This document shows positions 22,101 to 32,113 of a stretch of DNA of 64,000 nucleotides, piece by piece. A program made the position numbers and the translations under genes. A model generated the notes under the pieces. The model was given only the letters and a program-made list of their open reading frames with translations. It was not told the DNA's origin and did no database searches. How positions within the stretch are numbered: the stretch's first letter is position 1; every line of letters starts with the position of its first letter. The stretch comes from Naegleria gruberi (taxonomy: Eukaryota): NCBI GenBank assembly GCA_000004985.1, contig GG738912.1; one strand, 5' to 3'.

Positions 22101-23297
22101 ACGAACAATTTCATAAACTTTCATAGCCAATTCAAGAGAAATAAATCCACATCCATCGGTGAAAAGTCCCTCATCATTAATAACAGTGTATTCTGAAACT
22201 CCAATAGTAGGAATAACAGGAGTATTAAATAAAGCCAGTCTTAAACTTTGCTTTAATTTGTTATTCTCAAAATAAAGATCCCTGTTCAATGTATCTGGAA
22301 TGGCCCATGTTTTTACATCATGTATTGATAGGGAAGAATTGTTTGGAAGTTTGGAAAGATCAGGACACATGTAAATAAATCGATAAGAATGCATTCCACT
22401 CGTATTTTGACACAGTTTCTGGAATGTAAATCCAGCAATATGTAAAGGCTCTTCTCTTTCTATATATGGCTCTATTAGCCTGAATGATTGGTTATCCATT
22501 AACACTCTGCTAATGTGCTTTTGGTCTTTCATTAATTTCAATGTTTCCTCATCGAATTTTCCTTCCTTGAATTGATTTAAATATTGTCTCAATAATACTA
22601 TATCTCCATGATCCTCTGATTTTGATTCCATAGCCACTTGATCCTTCAATTCAATATTATTTAAAATTTCAGGGTGCTCTCCAGTAGATTCAAGAATCAT
22701 TTGAGATTTGAAACCCATTCTCAAAAAGCTAAATCCAACATTCAACACTGTATTCACACCAAATTTTTGTCTAAACCTACTCTGTAGCCATCTATCTTGT
22801 TGTGAGCTGTTGAATCGAATGGCAAGAATGGGTGATATCTTTGGTTTGTAAAAACAATATAAGGTTGCTGTTCTAGTCCTAAACATTGTCTCTGATTCGT
22901 CCAATTCTTCTGTTGTTTGCTTACTTGGAGATGAAAGGTTTAAATTCTGATGATCCTCTTCCTTCTCTGTTATTGTTGCTAACAACCACCGATGAAGAGC
23001 CTCTAATCCTATCGGATAGGCAATCACTGCCATCCTAGAAACTCTCTTTAATATTTCATAGCGATCGACGAAGGACATTCCACAATACTTTTCCCCTCTC
23101 ACATTTTTGAAATTAAATTCCAAATATTTGGTACAATCATCAAAATTTCTAATGATCGGAATGGATTCAATCATGTAATAAGTTGCCAATAAATCCTTTA
23201 CGTAATTTTCATCTTGTCTATTCATAAACTTTAACTCTTCAAGTTGTTGAATCTTTTCAAGCTTTGAGAACCCAGAAACAAAAGACAATACGGACAT
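19143..23297 (-). CDS. cellular RNA-dependent RNA polymerase (RDR family) with C-terminal Sel1-like repeats
   Basis: 1384-aa intron-less ORF from ATG 23297. The catalytic RDR signature GSDLDGDQYFACWD is at about 21252-21293. The C-terminal ~300 aa (about 19143-20030) hold at least five Sel1/TPR-like repeats (AQYEVACIYHH…, AQYSLGMIYMYGL…, AELALGKLL…). Confidence 0.8.
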   Translation of the reverse strand: MSVLSFVSGFSKLEKIQQLEELKFMNRQDENYVKDLLATYYMIESIPIIRNFDDCTKYLEFNFKNVRGEKYCGMSFVDRYEILKRVSRMAVIAYPIGLEALHRWLLATITEKEEDHQNLNLSSPSKQTTEELDESETMFRTRTATLYCFYKPKISPILAIRFNSSQQDRWLQSRFRQKFGVNTVLNVGFSFLRMGFKSQMILESTGEHPEILNNIELKDQVAMESKSEDHGDIVLLRQYLNQFKEGKFDEETLKLMKDQKHISRVLMDNQSFRLIEPYIEREEPLHIAGFTFQKLCQNTSGMHSYRFIYMCPDLSKLPNNSSLSIHDVKTWAIPDTLNRDLYFENNKLKQSLRLALFNTPVIPTIGVSEYTVINDEGLFTDGCGFISLELAMKVYEIVRKSKNLLKYQSKQSMDEDGIYEENDGVEFLVNEYLPCAYQIRFRGAKGMVYIHPNAEKVYGHHLVLRKSMMKIEHPNTDDDIINNLCIVGYSSPCDFARINSTIMHILEGCEDETKQGKIFEILNQKACKHIENLMKNYISESDIDKVFDQYVKQGDYASLNVLSILKSKKLAFLTGPYRNQILSLRIPCYSSRRLYGIADPFGVLKEGQIFIQVSSLNDPKKKNVIENTVIVTKEPCLHRGDLRKLEAVNIPELNFLYDVIVFPTKGSRPITNMIAGSDLDGDQYFACWDNELVESLVEFDPGSFDDDYNETRSFDPDIFKDLIGIRHLFADFYGNQWSRKYWNNMERLCTLINRAIDAPKKGNYSVAVNAQDLELLEKFPGFPHYHKNKHGPLRRSVSLVGKLYDSMQLLVSQKLEFKDPNSQIARVDDRQHLITFIKYKIANIFKNNTKPNDYQKRMEDIYKELFQTIFKQINKKKQRVQMVSEMMDLFWRFFVLFLKDKEVHIISLNSSLKSVTQFGLKMGHLIKDKSRFILIPNFSSHILEMEKSEQNNYTLYSLVLNNDSQKRKLISYFIEDAQRRNQYEMNVNTLEMEGVEYGVLYSASQLDMILEVSNDKGEKLFQQAIHYSKTNNTETFELFKKVYDSNYIPAINYVASMLEDGDNGISSNELLAFKLYQKALDLSKQKLSTITTDILVSGEHIILGNNMNLKRMEIDEEYRKLIFREAEIISTHIEALRNVARMFFNKGNYQEAHELYLEASTKFNDSDSQYDIGEMYELGDGVLLDKHEAIIWYLKAVESDVKNSEALFRLGYLYKELKDNQKAWDYYQKAAELGNNEAQYEVACIYHHTLNIIQTPNYSLAFEWYCKSANQGNSNAQYSLGMIYMYGLDKVVPKNIKLAHSWLLKAAQQQNSDAELALGKLLCETDVTQGTLWLLKAAKNGNQEARGYFGEQYNHFSAIEFEYEKQSLTRVPTFVSKPKRNRKN

Positions 23298-23479
23298 TTT
23301 TTTCTGGGTTTAAAATCAAAATTGAACTCACAACAAAAACAAGGATTGCAAAGGGTTTAGCATTAAATTTATTGTAAAAACAAATATCAACTTGGAATTA
23401 CTAGATACGTGTACCAATTCTCTGATCTACCTTTTATGAGATTAGCTGTCTATGAACTCTCTCAAATCTAAATCAGTAA

Positions 23480-24667
23480 TTACCACCAAAATACTATGTC
23501 AGTATTAGTCTGTTTGGAAAATTCATCACTAATTTTGTTTCCACTCACGTCTAATAATTGTAAATTCTTCATTTGTGTGATTGCCTTAAGTCCTTCATCC
23601 GTTATTTCATTGTTATTTACATATAAAATAGATAATTTCTCTAATTCACTAATGTAGTGTGCTCCTTCGTCTTGAATATCATTGAGTGAAATATCTAGTT
23701 CAGTTACGCGTTGCATTTTGCTGATAAATTTTGCTCCAGTTGGGCCAATTTCGCAATTATTGATCAAAAGTGTTGTCAATTGTTCAAGTTCACCGATTGA
23801 TTCTGCTCCTTGTTGTCCAATTAAATTGAAACCAACATTGATAAATGTCAAGCCTTTCAGTTGGCTAATTGAATTGGCTCCTTCCTCTCCAATTCCATTA
23901 CTACTAACATCTAGTTTGGTTAAATTCTTCATATGGCTTATTGAATACATTCCTTCATCACCAATGTTATTGCTGCCAATGAAAAGCTCTCTTAATTGAT
24001 CTAATTGTGCAATGAGTTCTGCTCCTTGTATTCCAAGATCATTATCATTAATTCTGAGAGAGGTTAAATTTCTCATCCCACTAACTACCTCCACATCCAA
24101 ACATTTGAGCTTAGTGTATGACATGTCCAGAATAGTCAATTGCTTCATATCTTTAATTTTACAAACTGATTCAAAACTAAATCTATTTCCAGAAACATTA
24201 AGTTCTTTCAATTGCTTCATTTGTGAAATTACACTGATTTCTCTATCAGAAATTTTACAAAACACAACATGAAGCCTCCTTAAATGCTCGCATCGTGCAA
24301 TGCTCTCTATTGCATCAATAGTTATTTCATTCTTGTTATTAATAACAAGAGAATTCAGCCTTTGTGCCATTTCAATTCCATTCCAAAATCTTTCATTCTG
24401 AATTCTTGCTCTGACTTCAATATTCGTAAAATATGATAACCATTCAAAATGTTCAATATTAGAATGTCTATTAATTATTACTATTGAAAGAATCGATCGT
24501 TCCCTAATTACATTCATCCATTGTTTAGAAATTAATAAACAATTCTTCAATAGGAATTTGTGATCCGCGTCTACAAAGGAGAGAATTTCAAAAATTACAT
24601 CATCAGAAAATAATTCTTGATGTTGTGATTTGATGCGGGTGGAATCTTCTACGTGATTGTTGAGCAT
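23480..24667 (-). CDS. RI-like leucine-rich-repeat protein with F-box-like N-terminus
   Basis: 395-aa ORF from ATG 24667. The N-terminus (FEILSFVDADHKFLLKNCLLISKQWMNVI) is F-box-like. It is followed by ~24-aa repeats of the type LxxLxxLdISxNxIGdEGAxxISxLxx. It is a paralog of the array at 52335-53769. Confidence 0.6.
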   Translation of the reverse strand: MLNNHVEDSTRIKSQHQELFSDDVIFEILSFVDADHKFLLKNCLLISKQWMNVIRERSILSIVIINRHSNIEHFEWLSYFTNIEVRARIQNERFWNGIEMAQRLNSLVINNKNEITIDAIESIARCEHLRRLHVVFCKISDREISVISQMKQLKELNVSGNRFSFESVCKIKDMKQLTILDMSYTKLKCLDVEVVSGMRNLTSLRINDNDLGIQGAELIAQLDQLRELFIGSNNIGDEGMYSISHMKNLTKLDVSSNGIGEEGANSISQLKGLTFINVGFNLIGQQGAESIGELEQLTTLLINNCEIGPTGAKFISKMQRVTELDISLNDIQDEGAHYISELEKLSILYVNNNEITDEGLKAITQMKNLQLLDVSGNKISDEFSKQTNTDIVFWW

Positions 24668-26104
24668 TTTTTTTTAATTTTTTTAAAAAAACATTAATGG
24701 AAATTTCAGAGACCAAATAACTTGAACGATCAAAGGCAGAATCTACAACTGAGAATGACTTGGTTTGAGAATCGTATCCAGTGGCCAAAACGAAATGTTC
24801 AGTCTTCTTTCCAGGTGGTTTGATTAGTTTCAAGATGACCATTCTTCCTTCACACAAGTTTCGAATAGTTACAGACATGTCAGTGGTTATCCCTGAGAAT
24901 TTCACACCAAATTGTTTGTTAATGGATGCCCAGATAAATAAGTTTCCATCCTTGAAACCACGATTTTTCTTCAACCATTCGTTCATTTCTTTTGGTGTCC
25001 ATTCGGTTCTTCCCAAACCTTTCAATCCAGAAGTAATGGCCGAAAGAAGACAACCAGCTTTACAAATTGTTGAACTTCCACTTCCTAATTTGAGAGATCC
25101 CCATCTTGTATCACATTGCTTAAAGACTGTGAATTGAGTATGAACATATCCTGGATAACATTCCTTTTTTGGAGGATTAGGTTTTATGGATATTTCTGGT
25201 TTTGGAGGAATTGGAATAGGTCTTGGAGATTCTTGTGGAATTGGAACAGGATTAGGTCTAGGAGAAGGTCTAGGATCTGGATGTGGTTTAGGAGAAGGAA
25301 CTGGTGGCACAGGTTTTGGTGATTCATGTGGCACTGGTGGAACAGGTTTTGGTGAAGGGATTGGATTTGGAGGAATTGGCTTTGGTGAAGGAATTGGAAT
25401 TGGTGGAGTTGGAGGATTCGGTTGGGGTGGATTTGGAATTGGTGGGACTGGATTTGGACTGGAGGAATTGGAATAGGTCTTGGTCCTCTACAACATGGTC
25501 TGGCACAGTTGTTTCCTTGTTGTGGAATTTTCAAATCCAAATTGACATTGACGTTTTGTCTACTTCCTCCATTGGAAGATGCTGAGCTGGAGGAAGAAGC
25601 AGAGGCAGATGCAGGTTGTTGGATAATGATTGTTTGAGGAGGTGGTATAATTGGTTTAATCATTGGAACATTGAGAATGATATTTTGAGGAGGGAAGAAA
25701 CACTTAGGTTTCTTGCAAGGTTTAGTTGGTTTTCTAATTGGTTTCTTACATGGTTTCTTTGGTTTCTTTCCAATCACATGGACAATAAATCCAGGACTCT
25801 TGTTATTTCTACACTTGAGTCTTCTAATATTGGATCTAATCTTTCGAGATTTGGACGAAATTCTTTCAGTGTCCAAAGTAATCACTTGGACACTTCTTCT
25901 TTCATGATTTGCTGAGTCGCTTGCCAACACAGCAGCACTAAAGAAACAAATTAACAATAGTGTGGCCAACAAGAAAGCTGTTTTCACAATCAAATTGCTG
26001 AACATTTTTTTGATGGTTTTGGTCAATTGGCTTGAATCTCCTAGAAGAAATAGGTTTCGAATGGTTGAGTAGTTTCTGATATCATCACAGAAACCTTGAC
26101 TCAC
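24603..26104 (-). CDS. secreted Pro/Lys-rich protein with C-terminal papain-fold (peptidase C39-like) domain; reading frame disrupted
   Basis: The upstream ORF (25184-26104) has a signal/TM segment (AFLLATLLLICFFSAAVLAS), KKP/PKKP repeats, poly-Ser and PRPIPIPP. The downstream ORF (24603-25334, open upstream to about 25487) continues the PxP repeats and then a globular domain with Cys (QCDTRWGS…TICKAGCLLSAITS) and His (TEHFVLATGYD) motifs. The two frames can only be joined by a 1-nt shift in a C-run near 25447-25487. Confidence 0.4.
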
Positions 26105-26223
26105 TGATTCCTAGGTCTCTACAGGTATTGCAACTTTACAAAACATGTCAGGTCAAGCTTTGTTCCTGATAGTTCAGGGTTTATGCAAAAAAGGAAATGG
26201 AACTTTCGTTTATTCTTTGAAAA

Positions 26224-27360
26224 TTATTGGTTGGAAATATTAGAGCATGTGGACAAACAGCGATTATCATCCCCATCTTCGTTGATAGTTGTCATTGGTG
26301 TGGAAGTTTGAATCTGTAGTTGACCTTCCTCAACATTAACTGAACTTGAAATATTACTATTTGCATTATCATGATCAATTAAATGTTTCAATACCACCTT
26401 TCTGATTTGGAAGAGCACAAACCATGATAATCTTATCATGACCAATACCAAGGAAATCTTGATAGTTTCTCCTGGTAAGAATGGAACTAAACCCTTCTCA
26501 ATTCCCTTAGAGAGTCCAAGATTTGGCACTCCGAATGCCAACCATCCACATCCAAATACAAATGTAACAGCATTCGATAGACACAACATGAGGAGATTCA
26601 TCATGATGGTACGATCTGAAGCCATTTTGGAGCAAAACCAACCACAAATCAGTGCACTAAAGACAAAACCAATGAGGAAACCACTACTACTCGACTGGAA
26701 CAAGACCAGATTTCCATGTGTTTGATTGGAAAACCAAGGAATATCAAGAACAGAACCACAGAATAAATAGAGGAGAATACTGAGTGGAGCAATGACAAAA
26801 CCAGTTAAGGAGCCAAGCCACAAGACACCAAAAGTTTGTCCAGTGATTGGAACGGCACTAATGGAGGAAGGGAGTGAAATGGAAATTTGAGCACAAACTC
26901 CCATCAAGCATGCTCCAAAGATAACCAACAACATGTTGGAAATGAAGGGAACGACAGCATTGGAAACGATTGTTTTCAAAAGTGGATGGCATGTGCCAAG
27001 TTTCAAATGCCACTTTTTTACAAGATCAAATCTTCTCTCACTCTTGATAAGAATGAGATCAAAAACTGAACGCATGAGTGCCATGTATGCATCCAAGAAT
27101 GAAGGATACCAACTTGGGTTGACCAAGATTTTCACAGGAGGTTCCTCTTCAACCATTGGTGTAGAAGTGCTGCCAATTCTACCAATTGAGTGGTCTTGTC
27201 CTCTTCTTCTTCTAATCTGTGATATATTTTCAGATTCAATGGTGAGATGTTGCTGAGAAACTTTATATCCAAGCTTTCTTTCAATTTCCTTGCCCAAATC
27301 ATCAATTCTGCTTGACGATTCAAATGACTCACCAAGTGGGGACACTACAAGATATTGCAT
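26224..27360 (-). CDS. BioY-family vitamin (biotin) transporter homolog
   Basis: ATG at 27360. Multi-TM C-terminal half with the BioY core motif AVPITGQTFGVLWLGSLTGFVIAPLSILLYLFCGSVLDIPWF…SSGFLIGFVFSALICGWF. A ~110-aa soluble extension sits at the N-terminus. Confidence 0.55.
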   Translation of the reverse strand: MQYLVVSPLGESFESSSRIDDLGKEIERKLGYKVSQQHLTIESENISQIRRRRGQDHSIGRIGSTSTPMVEEEPPVKILVNPSWYPSFLDAYMALMRSVFDLILIKSERRFDLVKKWHLKLGTCHPLLKTIVSNAVVPFISNMLLVIFGACLMGVCAQISISLPSSISAVPITGQTFGVLWLGSLTGFVIAPLSILLYLFCGSVLDIPWFSNQTHGNLVLFQSSSSGFLIGFVFSALICGWFCSKMASDRTIMMNLLMLCLSNAVTFVFGCGWLAFGVPNLGLSKGIEKGLVPFLPGETIKISLVLVMIRLSWFVLFQIRKVVLKHLIDHDNANSNISSSVNVEEGQLQIQTSTPMTTINEDGDDNRCLSTCSNISNQ

Positions 27361-27733
27361 GGTGTTTTTTTTGTATTGTTTTTCTCTCAAGATCTTGTGA
27401 GGAGAGAACTCGAAGCTCAATAGAATTTGATTCTTCTAAGTGTTTGGGGAGACCGAAATATTCGGAAGTTTTGAAAAGATCCGTTTAATGTGTAAGCAAT
27501 TCTGAACCTTCTTTAAGGATTTTTAATAATCACGAACGACTCCCCGAATACAATATGGTTTCACACATTGTAAATTTAACAGAGTTACGAATATTAAATT
27601 ATAATTAATCTAATTAATAATAAAGCATCAATATATTGCTAACTAGATTGCTAATCAATCATGCATGGATTTGAAACTAGATCCAATATCTATCACGTAA
27701 ATATTCAAAACTCATTAATAAAACATGAATTGT

Positions 27734-29437
27734 TTAATAACGTGAGGTGGTGAAGCCATCATCCTCATTGAGCATTCTAAGCTTGTACTTTTGATATTCT
27801 TTTCCCATTTTGAATCTAGTGTAGGTATCTTTCATGACATGTTCAATTTCTGTGAGTGCTTCCTTGTAGAGGAGTACTACATTGGCAACATTATCAAAAT
27901 CAGTGTCAAATTCATCTTTGAATTTGGCCAATAATTTGCTTGGAAGATTTAACTGGTAGACTGAAGTGGATGGAATGAATAATTGGTAGAGTTTCAGAGC
28001 TAGGGCTCTTTGTTCTTCTTCTGATAAAAAGATTGAATTCAAAAATTTCAAAACTTCCTCATAAAAGATAATATTCTCTTGTGAATATTCATCTTTGGAG
28101 AAGGTTTTGAATTGTTCTCTCATGTAGGTGTCTCTTAAAAATTCTGAGAGTGAGGATCTACGAGATGTGGAAGGAAGATCAGCAGATGGAGTTTTTTTAG
28201 CAAAACTGAATCTTCTTGGAGATTCGAATAACTCTTCATCTGAATCTTTAGAGTTAGGGATTGGGTTTTCATTTCTGTTAAGTACAGAAAATTGGATTTC
28301 AAATGGTTCACTAATTTCAACAACTGTTGATTTTGCAGAATTAATTTCTGATTCGTGATTCATTAGATTGTTAAAATTCAACTTTGGAATAATGAGCTGA
28401 TTGAGCATAAGGGTATTTCTTCTACTCTTTCGGTTAATGTTGAATGAATGGGATTTGTTAGGAGGTGTTAAATTATCCACAATGGGACTACTTGAGCTAG
28501 AACTAGTACTAGCTCTGGCTGATCTGATATAACCAATTGGGAGTTCATGTTCATCATATTCATCTTCACTTTCCTCTGCTTCTTTAACTTCTTTACTTTC
28601 GTGAACTTTCTTCAAGTTAAGTGATAAGGCAAGTGAAATTGACTTTCTGAAAGAATTGGAATGTGAACTATTAGCTTCCAATTTGGAAGTTGGGGTTGAT
28701 GGTGTTTGGATTTTGGCCGAGTAATCATTTCTAAAATCAGACTCTGCTTGTTTCAAATTTTTACAAAGTCCATAAAATGAATTATTGGAATCTTTGAATT
28801 GTTTCTTGTGAGTCATGTGGAAAATAAATTTGTAATTCAACAAGATTTGACAAAAGCATTGACTGAATAGTCTAATCTCATCGGATTGAGAAAGTCCAAA
28901 CCCATTATTTGACTCCACAATTGTCTCTGCCTTAATGATCTGACTAATCAATAATGTTGAATCCTTTCCTGTGAAACTTTCCTTAAAAGACTTGAGTAAA
29001 TATCTATTATCTTTCACTGAAATTTCAGAGTGGAATTGTTTAGCAAGGTCAATAATAAATTCCACGGAAAGAACCTTCTTTGATAGGCAAAAATCCACAA
29101 AGCTAGTCAAATGGTTTCTCTTTCTTTTCAATAATTGATTGGATGAATGTTTTCTTGGTGAAAGAGGTGTCATTGGACTTGTCATTGGTGACTCAACAAT
29201 CAATGGATTACTGGCAGATGATTTTGGAGAAGTATTTGGAGATGAGAAGAGAGAATCGTCATCATCCTTCAAATAACCACAAAAATCCTCATAAAATCTC
29301 ACAAGACAATTATGATGACTTGTTGATTGGTCGATCAAATCTGTCAATTTTGTAACAACTGACAATTCATTGGTTGCAGAGTCCTGAGCAGGATCTTCCT
29401 CATGCATTTGTGTTCCGTTATTCTTGTTTTTGTTCAT
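27734..29437 (-). CDS. RGS (regulator of G-protein signalling) domain protein
   Basis: ATG at 29437; the track start is a GTG. The C-terminal ~120 aa are RGS-like (EFLRDTYMREQFKTFSKDEYSQENIIFYEEVLKF…ALKLYQLF). The rest is Ser-rich and low complexity. Confidence 0.5.
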   Translation of the reverse strand: MNKNKNNGTQMHEEDPAQDSATNELSVVTKLTDLIDQSTSHHNCLVRFYEDFCGYLKDDDDSLFSSPNTSPKSSASNPLIVESPMTSPMTPLSPRKHSSNQLLKRKRNHLTSFVDFCLSKKVLSVEFIIDLAKQFHSEISVKDNRYLLKSFKESFTGKDSTLLISQIIKAETIVESNNGFGLSQSDEIRLFSQCFCQILLNYKFIFHMTHKKQFKDSNNSFYGLCKNLKQAESDFRNDYSAKIQTPSTPTSKLEANSSHSNSFRKSISLALSLNLKKVHESKEVKEAEESEDEYDEHELPIGYIRSARASTSSSSSSPIVDNLTPPNKSHSFNINRKSRRNTLMLNQLIIPKLNFNNLMNHESEINSAKSTVVEISEPFEIQFSVLNRNENPIPNSKDSDEELFESPRRFSFAKKTPSADLPSTSRRSSLSEFLRDTYMREQFKTFSKDEYSQENIIFYEEVLKFLNSIFLSEEEQRALALKLYQLFIPSTSVYQLNLPSKLLAKFKDEFDTDFDNVANVVLLYKEALTEIEHVMKDTYTRFKMGKEYQKYKLRMLNEDDGFTTSRY

Positions 29438-29886
29438 TCTCTGTATCACTGTGATTGCAAAATTGTGATATCGTTAGGAAGGAAAAATTGTTGTAATCTA
29501 AATTTTGTTGATGATTATAATCCCTCGGCTTAGAAGGGTTTATTATTCGAAACTTACGTTAGTGTTGTGTGGTTTGCTGTGTGTGTGGATCAGAAACAAA
29601 TGGTCTCGAAAGACTCTTTTGTTGTTGTGTGAGGAGTGAGAGGGAGGTTTGTGGTGTTTTTTTTCAAAATCAAAAAACGTTTCGATGAAAAAACATGTGA
29701 AATTCATGCTTGGGTGAATGTTGATGATTAATGTGATGTTTTTGAAAGTTATGCATGAAGACGAAAGGACCAAATCACCGGACTCTTGGAGTTAATTAAA
29801 CATTTGGAAAGTAGCAACAAGCATTATTGTGCAAATGGCCGAAATGTTTAGAATAATACATAAGAATTTATCCTCTTACTTCATTT

Positions 29887-31443
29887 CTAATGAGTACTTT
29901 CAAATATTACTTTGGGTTTCTTAGATTTTGATTGTACATAAAGGATGCCATCTGTATCAAGTCCAAACGTGAGTGAAATATTACTAGAAGATAACTCTGT
30001 TATCTCAGTAATCTTTACAATTCCAATCAGCTCATTATCACTTGCTTTTTTCGAATCACCTTCATATATTTTGAGTGAAACTGCTTTCTTTTGATTGTTT
30101 GGATTTGGCGGGAGGGAGAATTCTCTTTCTGAACTACAGGGAATGGAATTGTCCTTTTTAAGGAGTATCATTAAATCTCCTCCTATACTAATCTCACATC
30201 CAATGTTTCGGCTTGTAACTTCAATGAGGAGAAGATCTTTTTCAAAATTTGCTAATATACCACCTTGGATAGCAGCTCCAAAAACAACTGGATTTGGATA
30301 AATAGGTCTTGGATGGATGGATTTACAAAAATAGGTTGTAATGAGTTGTTTTAGTTTTGGTATTTCACATCCTCCTCCAATAATTATTGCATCGGCTATT
30401 TCTTCCTTGGAACAATTTGCTCTTCGAATGACCTTATCAGCAAGGGATAAACATTTTGAAAAGAAATCAGTATTCAAATCCTCAAATTTAGAACGAGTTA
30501 GCACAATCTCAAAATCAATTCCATCCATTAGTGATTTGATAGATAGTTGTGTTTGCAATTCAGTAGATAATTTCTTCTTGGCTTCCTCGCATGCAACTTG
30601 CATCTTCCTCATTGAAACAGGATTCTCCTGTAGTCGTTTCTTGAATAATTTATAAAATTCCTCACAACAATAGCTCACTAAACTTTCGTCTAGCTTTGCA
30701 CCACCATGGTTAGGGAGACCATCACTACTTTTTGTATCCACAACTCCATTGTCCACCAAGAACACTGAAGCAGAGCATCCTGACCTTCCCAAATCAAATA
30801 CGAAAACCCTCTTTTCCCCTCTGTATTTCCAAATATACTGGAAGCAAGCTGCAGATGTATCATGAACGAGTCTACTGTTTGTCACTCCAATACTTTCCAC
30901 GACTTTCTTCATTTCAATTCTCTGATGATTCGAAAAGTAATTCGGAATTGAAACCACCAAATCCGTCACTGCTCGTTTCAAATATCTTTCAGCATCCTCC
31001 TTCAATTGTTTAAGAATTAATCCAATCATTTCATTAACAGATATTTCCTCATACTCCTCCTCTTTACAAACACTCAAACGAATTGTCTTGTCCTGCTTTC
31101 TAATAATTCTGAATGGCCACTCATTACTTTTCAATATTAATTCGTCATCTTCATCATCACAAGCCTTTCCAATTAATTGTTTAAAATCCCAGAATAAACA
31201 ATATGGATCCTCCGATTTACTATAAAACTCCAAAGCCTCCTCTCCAATTAATATTCTACTATTACTCATAGATGAGTCATCCAATAATGAAGAGGAAGAA
31301 ACAAAGGCTATACACGTTGGAGTTTCATAATTTCCCAATTTATTTGGAATGTATTCAACATGATCTTCGAGATAGACAGCCACTCGACAATGTGATCCTC
31401 CGAAATCAATGGCAACAATTCCGTGATTGAGATGAGAAAACAT
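29887..31443 (-). CDS. Hsp70-family (actin-like ATPase fold) protein, second divergent member
   Basis: ATG at 31443; the track start is a TTG. Motifs are IVAIDFGGSHCRVAV (phosphate-1), RVFVFDLGRSGCSASVF (phosphate-2) and IIIGGGCEIPKL (adenosine). It is not a close paralog of 244-2058. Confidence 0.5.
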   Translation of the reverse strand: MFSHLNHGIVAIDFGGSHCRVAVYLEDHVEYIPNKLGNYETPTCIAFVSSSSLLDDSSMSNSRILIGEEALEFYSKSEDPYCLFWDFKQLIGKACDDEDDELILKSNEWPFRIIRKQDKTIRLSVCKEEEYEEISVNEMIGLILKQLKEDAERYLKRAVTDLVVSIPNYFSNHQRIEMKKVVESIGVTNSRLVHDTSAACFQYIWKYRGEKRVFVFDLGRSGCSASVFLVDNGVVDTKSSDGLPNHGGAKLDESLVSYCCEEFYKLFKKRLQENPVSMRKMQVACEEAKKKLSTELQTQLSIKSLMDGIDFEIVLTRSKFEDLNTDFFSKCLSLADKVIRRANCSKEEIADAIIIGGGCEIPKLKQLITTYFCKSIHPRPIYPNPVVFGAAIQGGILANFEKDLLLIEVTSRNIGCEISIGGDLMILLKKDNSIPCSSEREFSLPPNPNNQKKAVSLKIYEGDSKKASDNELIGIVKITEITELSSSNISLTFGLDTDGILYVQSKSKKPKVIFESTH

Positions 31444-32113
31444 TTTTTTTAATGGTTGATCCAATTTTAAAAGTTTACAATTTTAAATAATTTAATTGTT
31501 TGTGATATATGATGATACTAAATTCTGATGATTGTAAGAATGCATTCATTTTGTATTGATATTAAAGAAAATTTTTAATAATTAAGTGTTGTAAACAACT
31601 GATACCAAAATGGATTGGAACTAACTTTGGGAATTTTAATTTACGCATGAATTTCACAATTCAAGGTTATTTGCATCATTTTTCGGTTACTCAGTATTTT
31701 ATACAATGAATTGTAAAATGATCAAATAGTTTACAATAGCCGATTGCAACTTTGAAATATAACTTCCAAAATGATTTAAAGATGAAAGCAAGCATACACC
31801 ATGAATCTGTATTATTCAACATCTCTTTCTGAATCTACCATAGAAATCAAGGTCATCACAGGTCTTGCAGGAAGTGACTGATTTCAAGCCTTCTTTAAAA
31901 CAATCAGAATTAATAATATAATTAAAACATTAATAAACAAAATTATTTTTAATGGAACCAGGTTAGTAATTGTTTGAGATTTCTCTAATTGAGCTGTACC
32001 ATCGGAACAAAATTCGAACATTTATTCTCCAAAAAGAAAATGAAATTCGAAACAATAGACACAGCTCAATGATTATATAATGTACAAATTGATGCAGATA
32101 ATATACAATTCAT

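Noticed and set aside
25186-25476. Plus-strand ORF encoding a Gly-rich GIGIGLG repeat protein
   Set aside because: It is the antisense reading of the minus-strand PxP proline repeat of the secreted protein gene. The sense strand has signal-peptide and peptidase context, and this one has no start context or homology.
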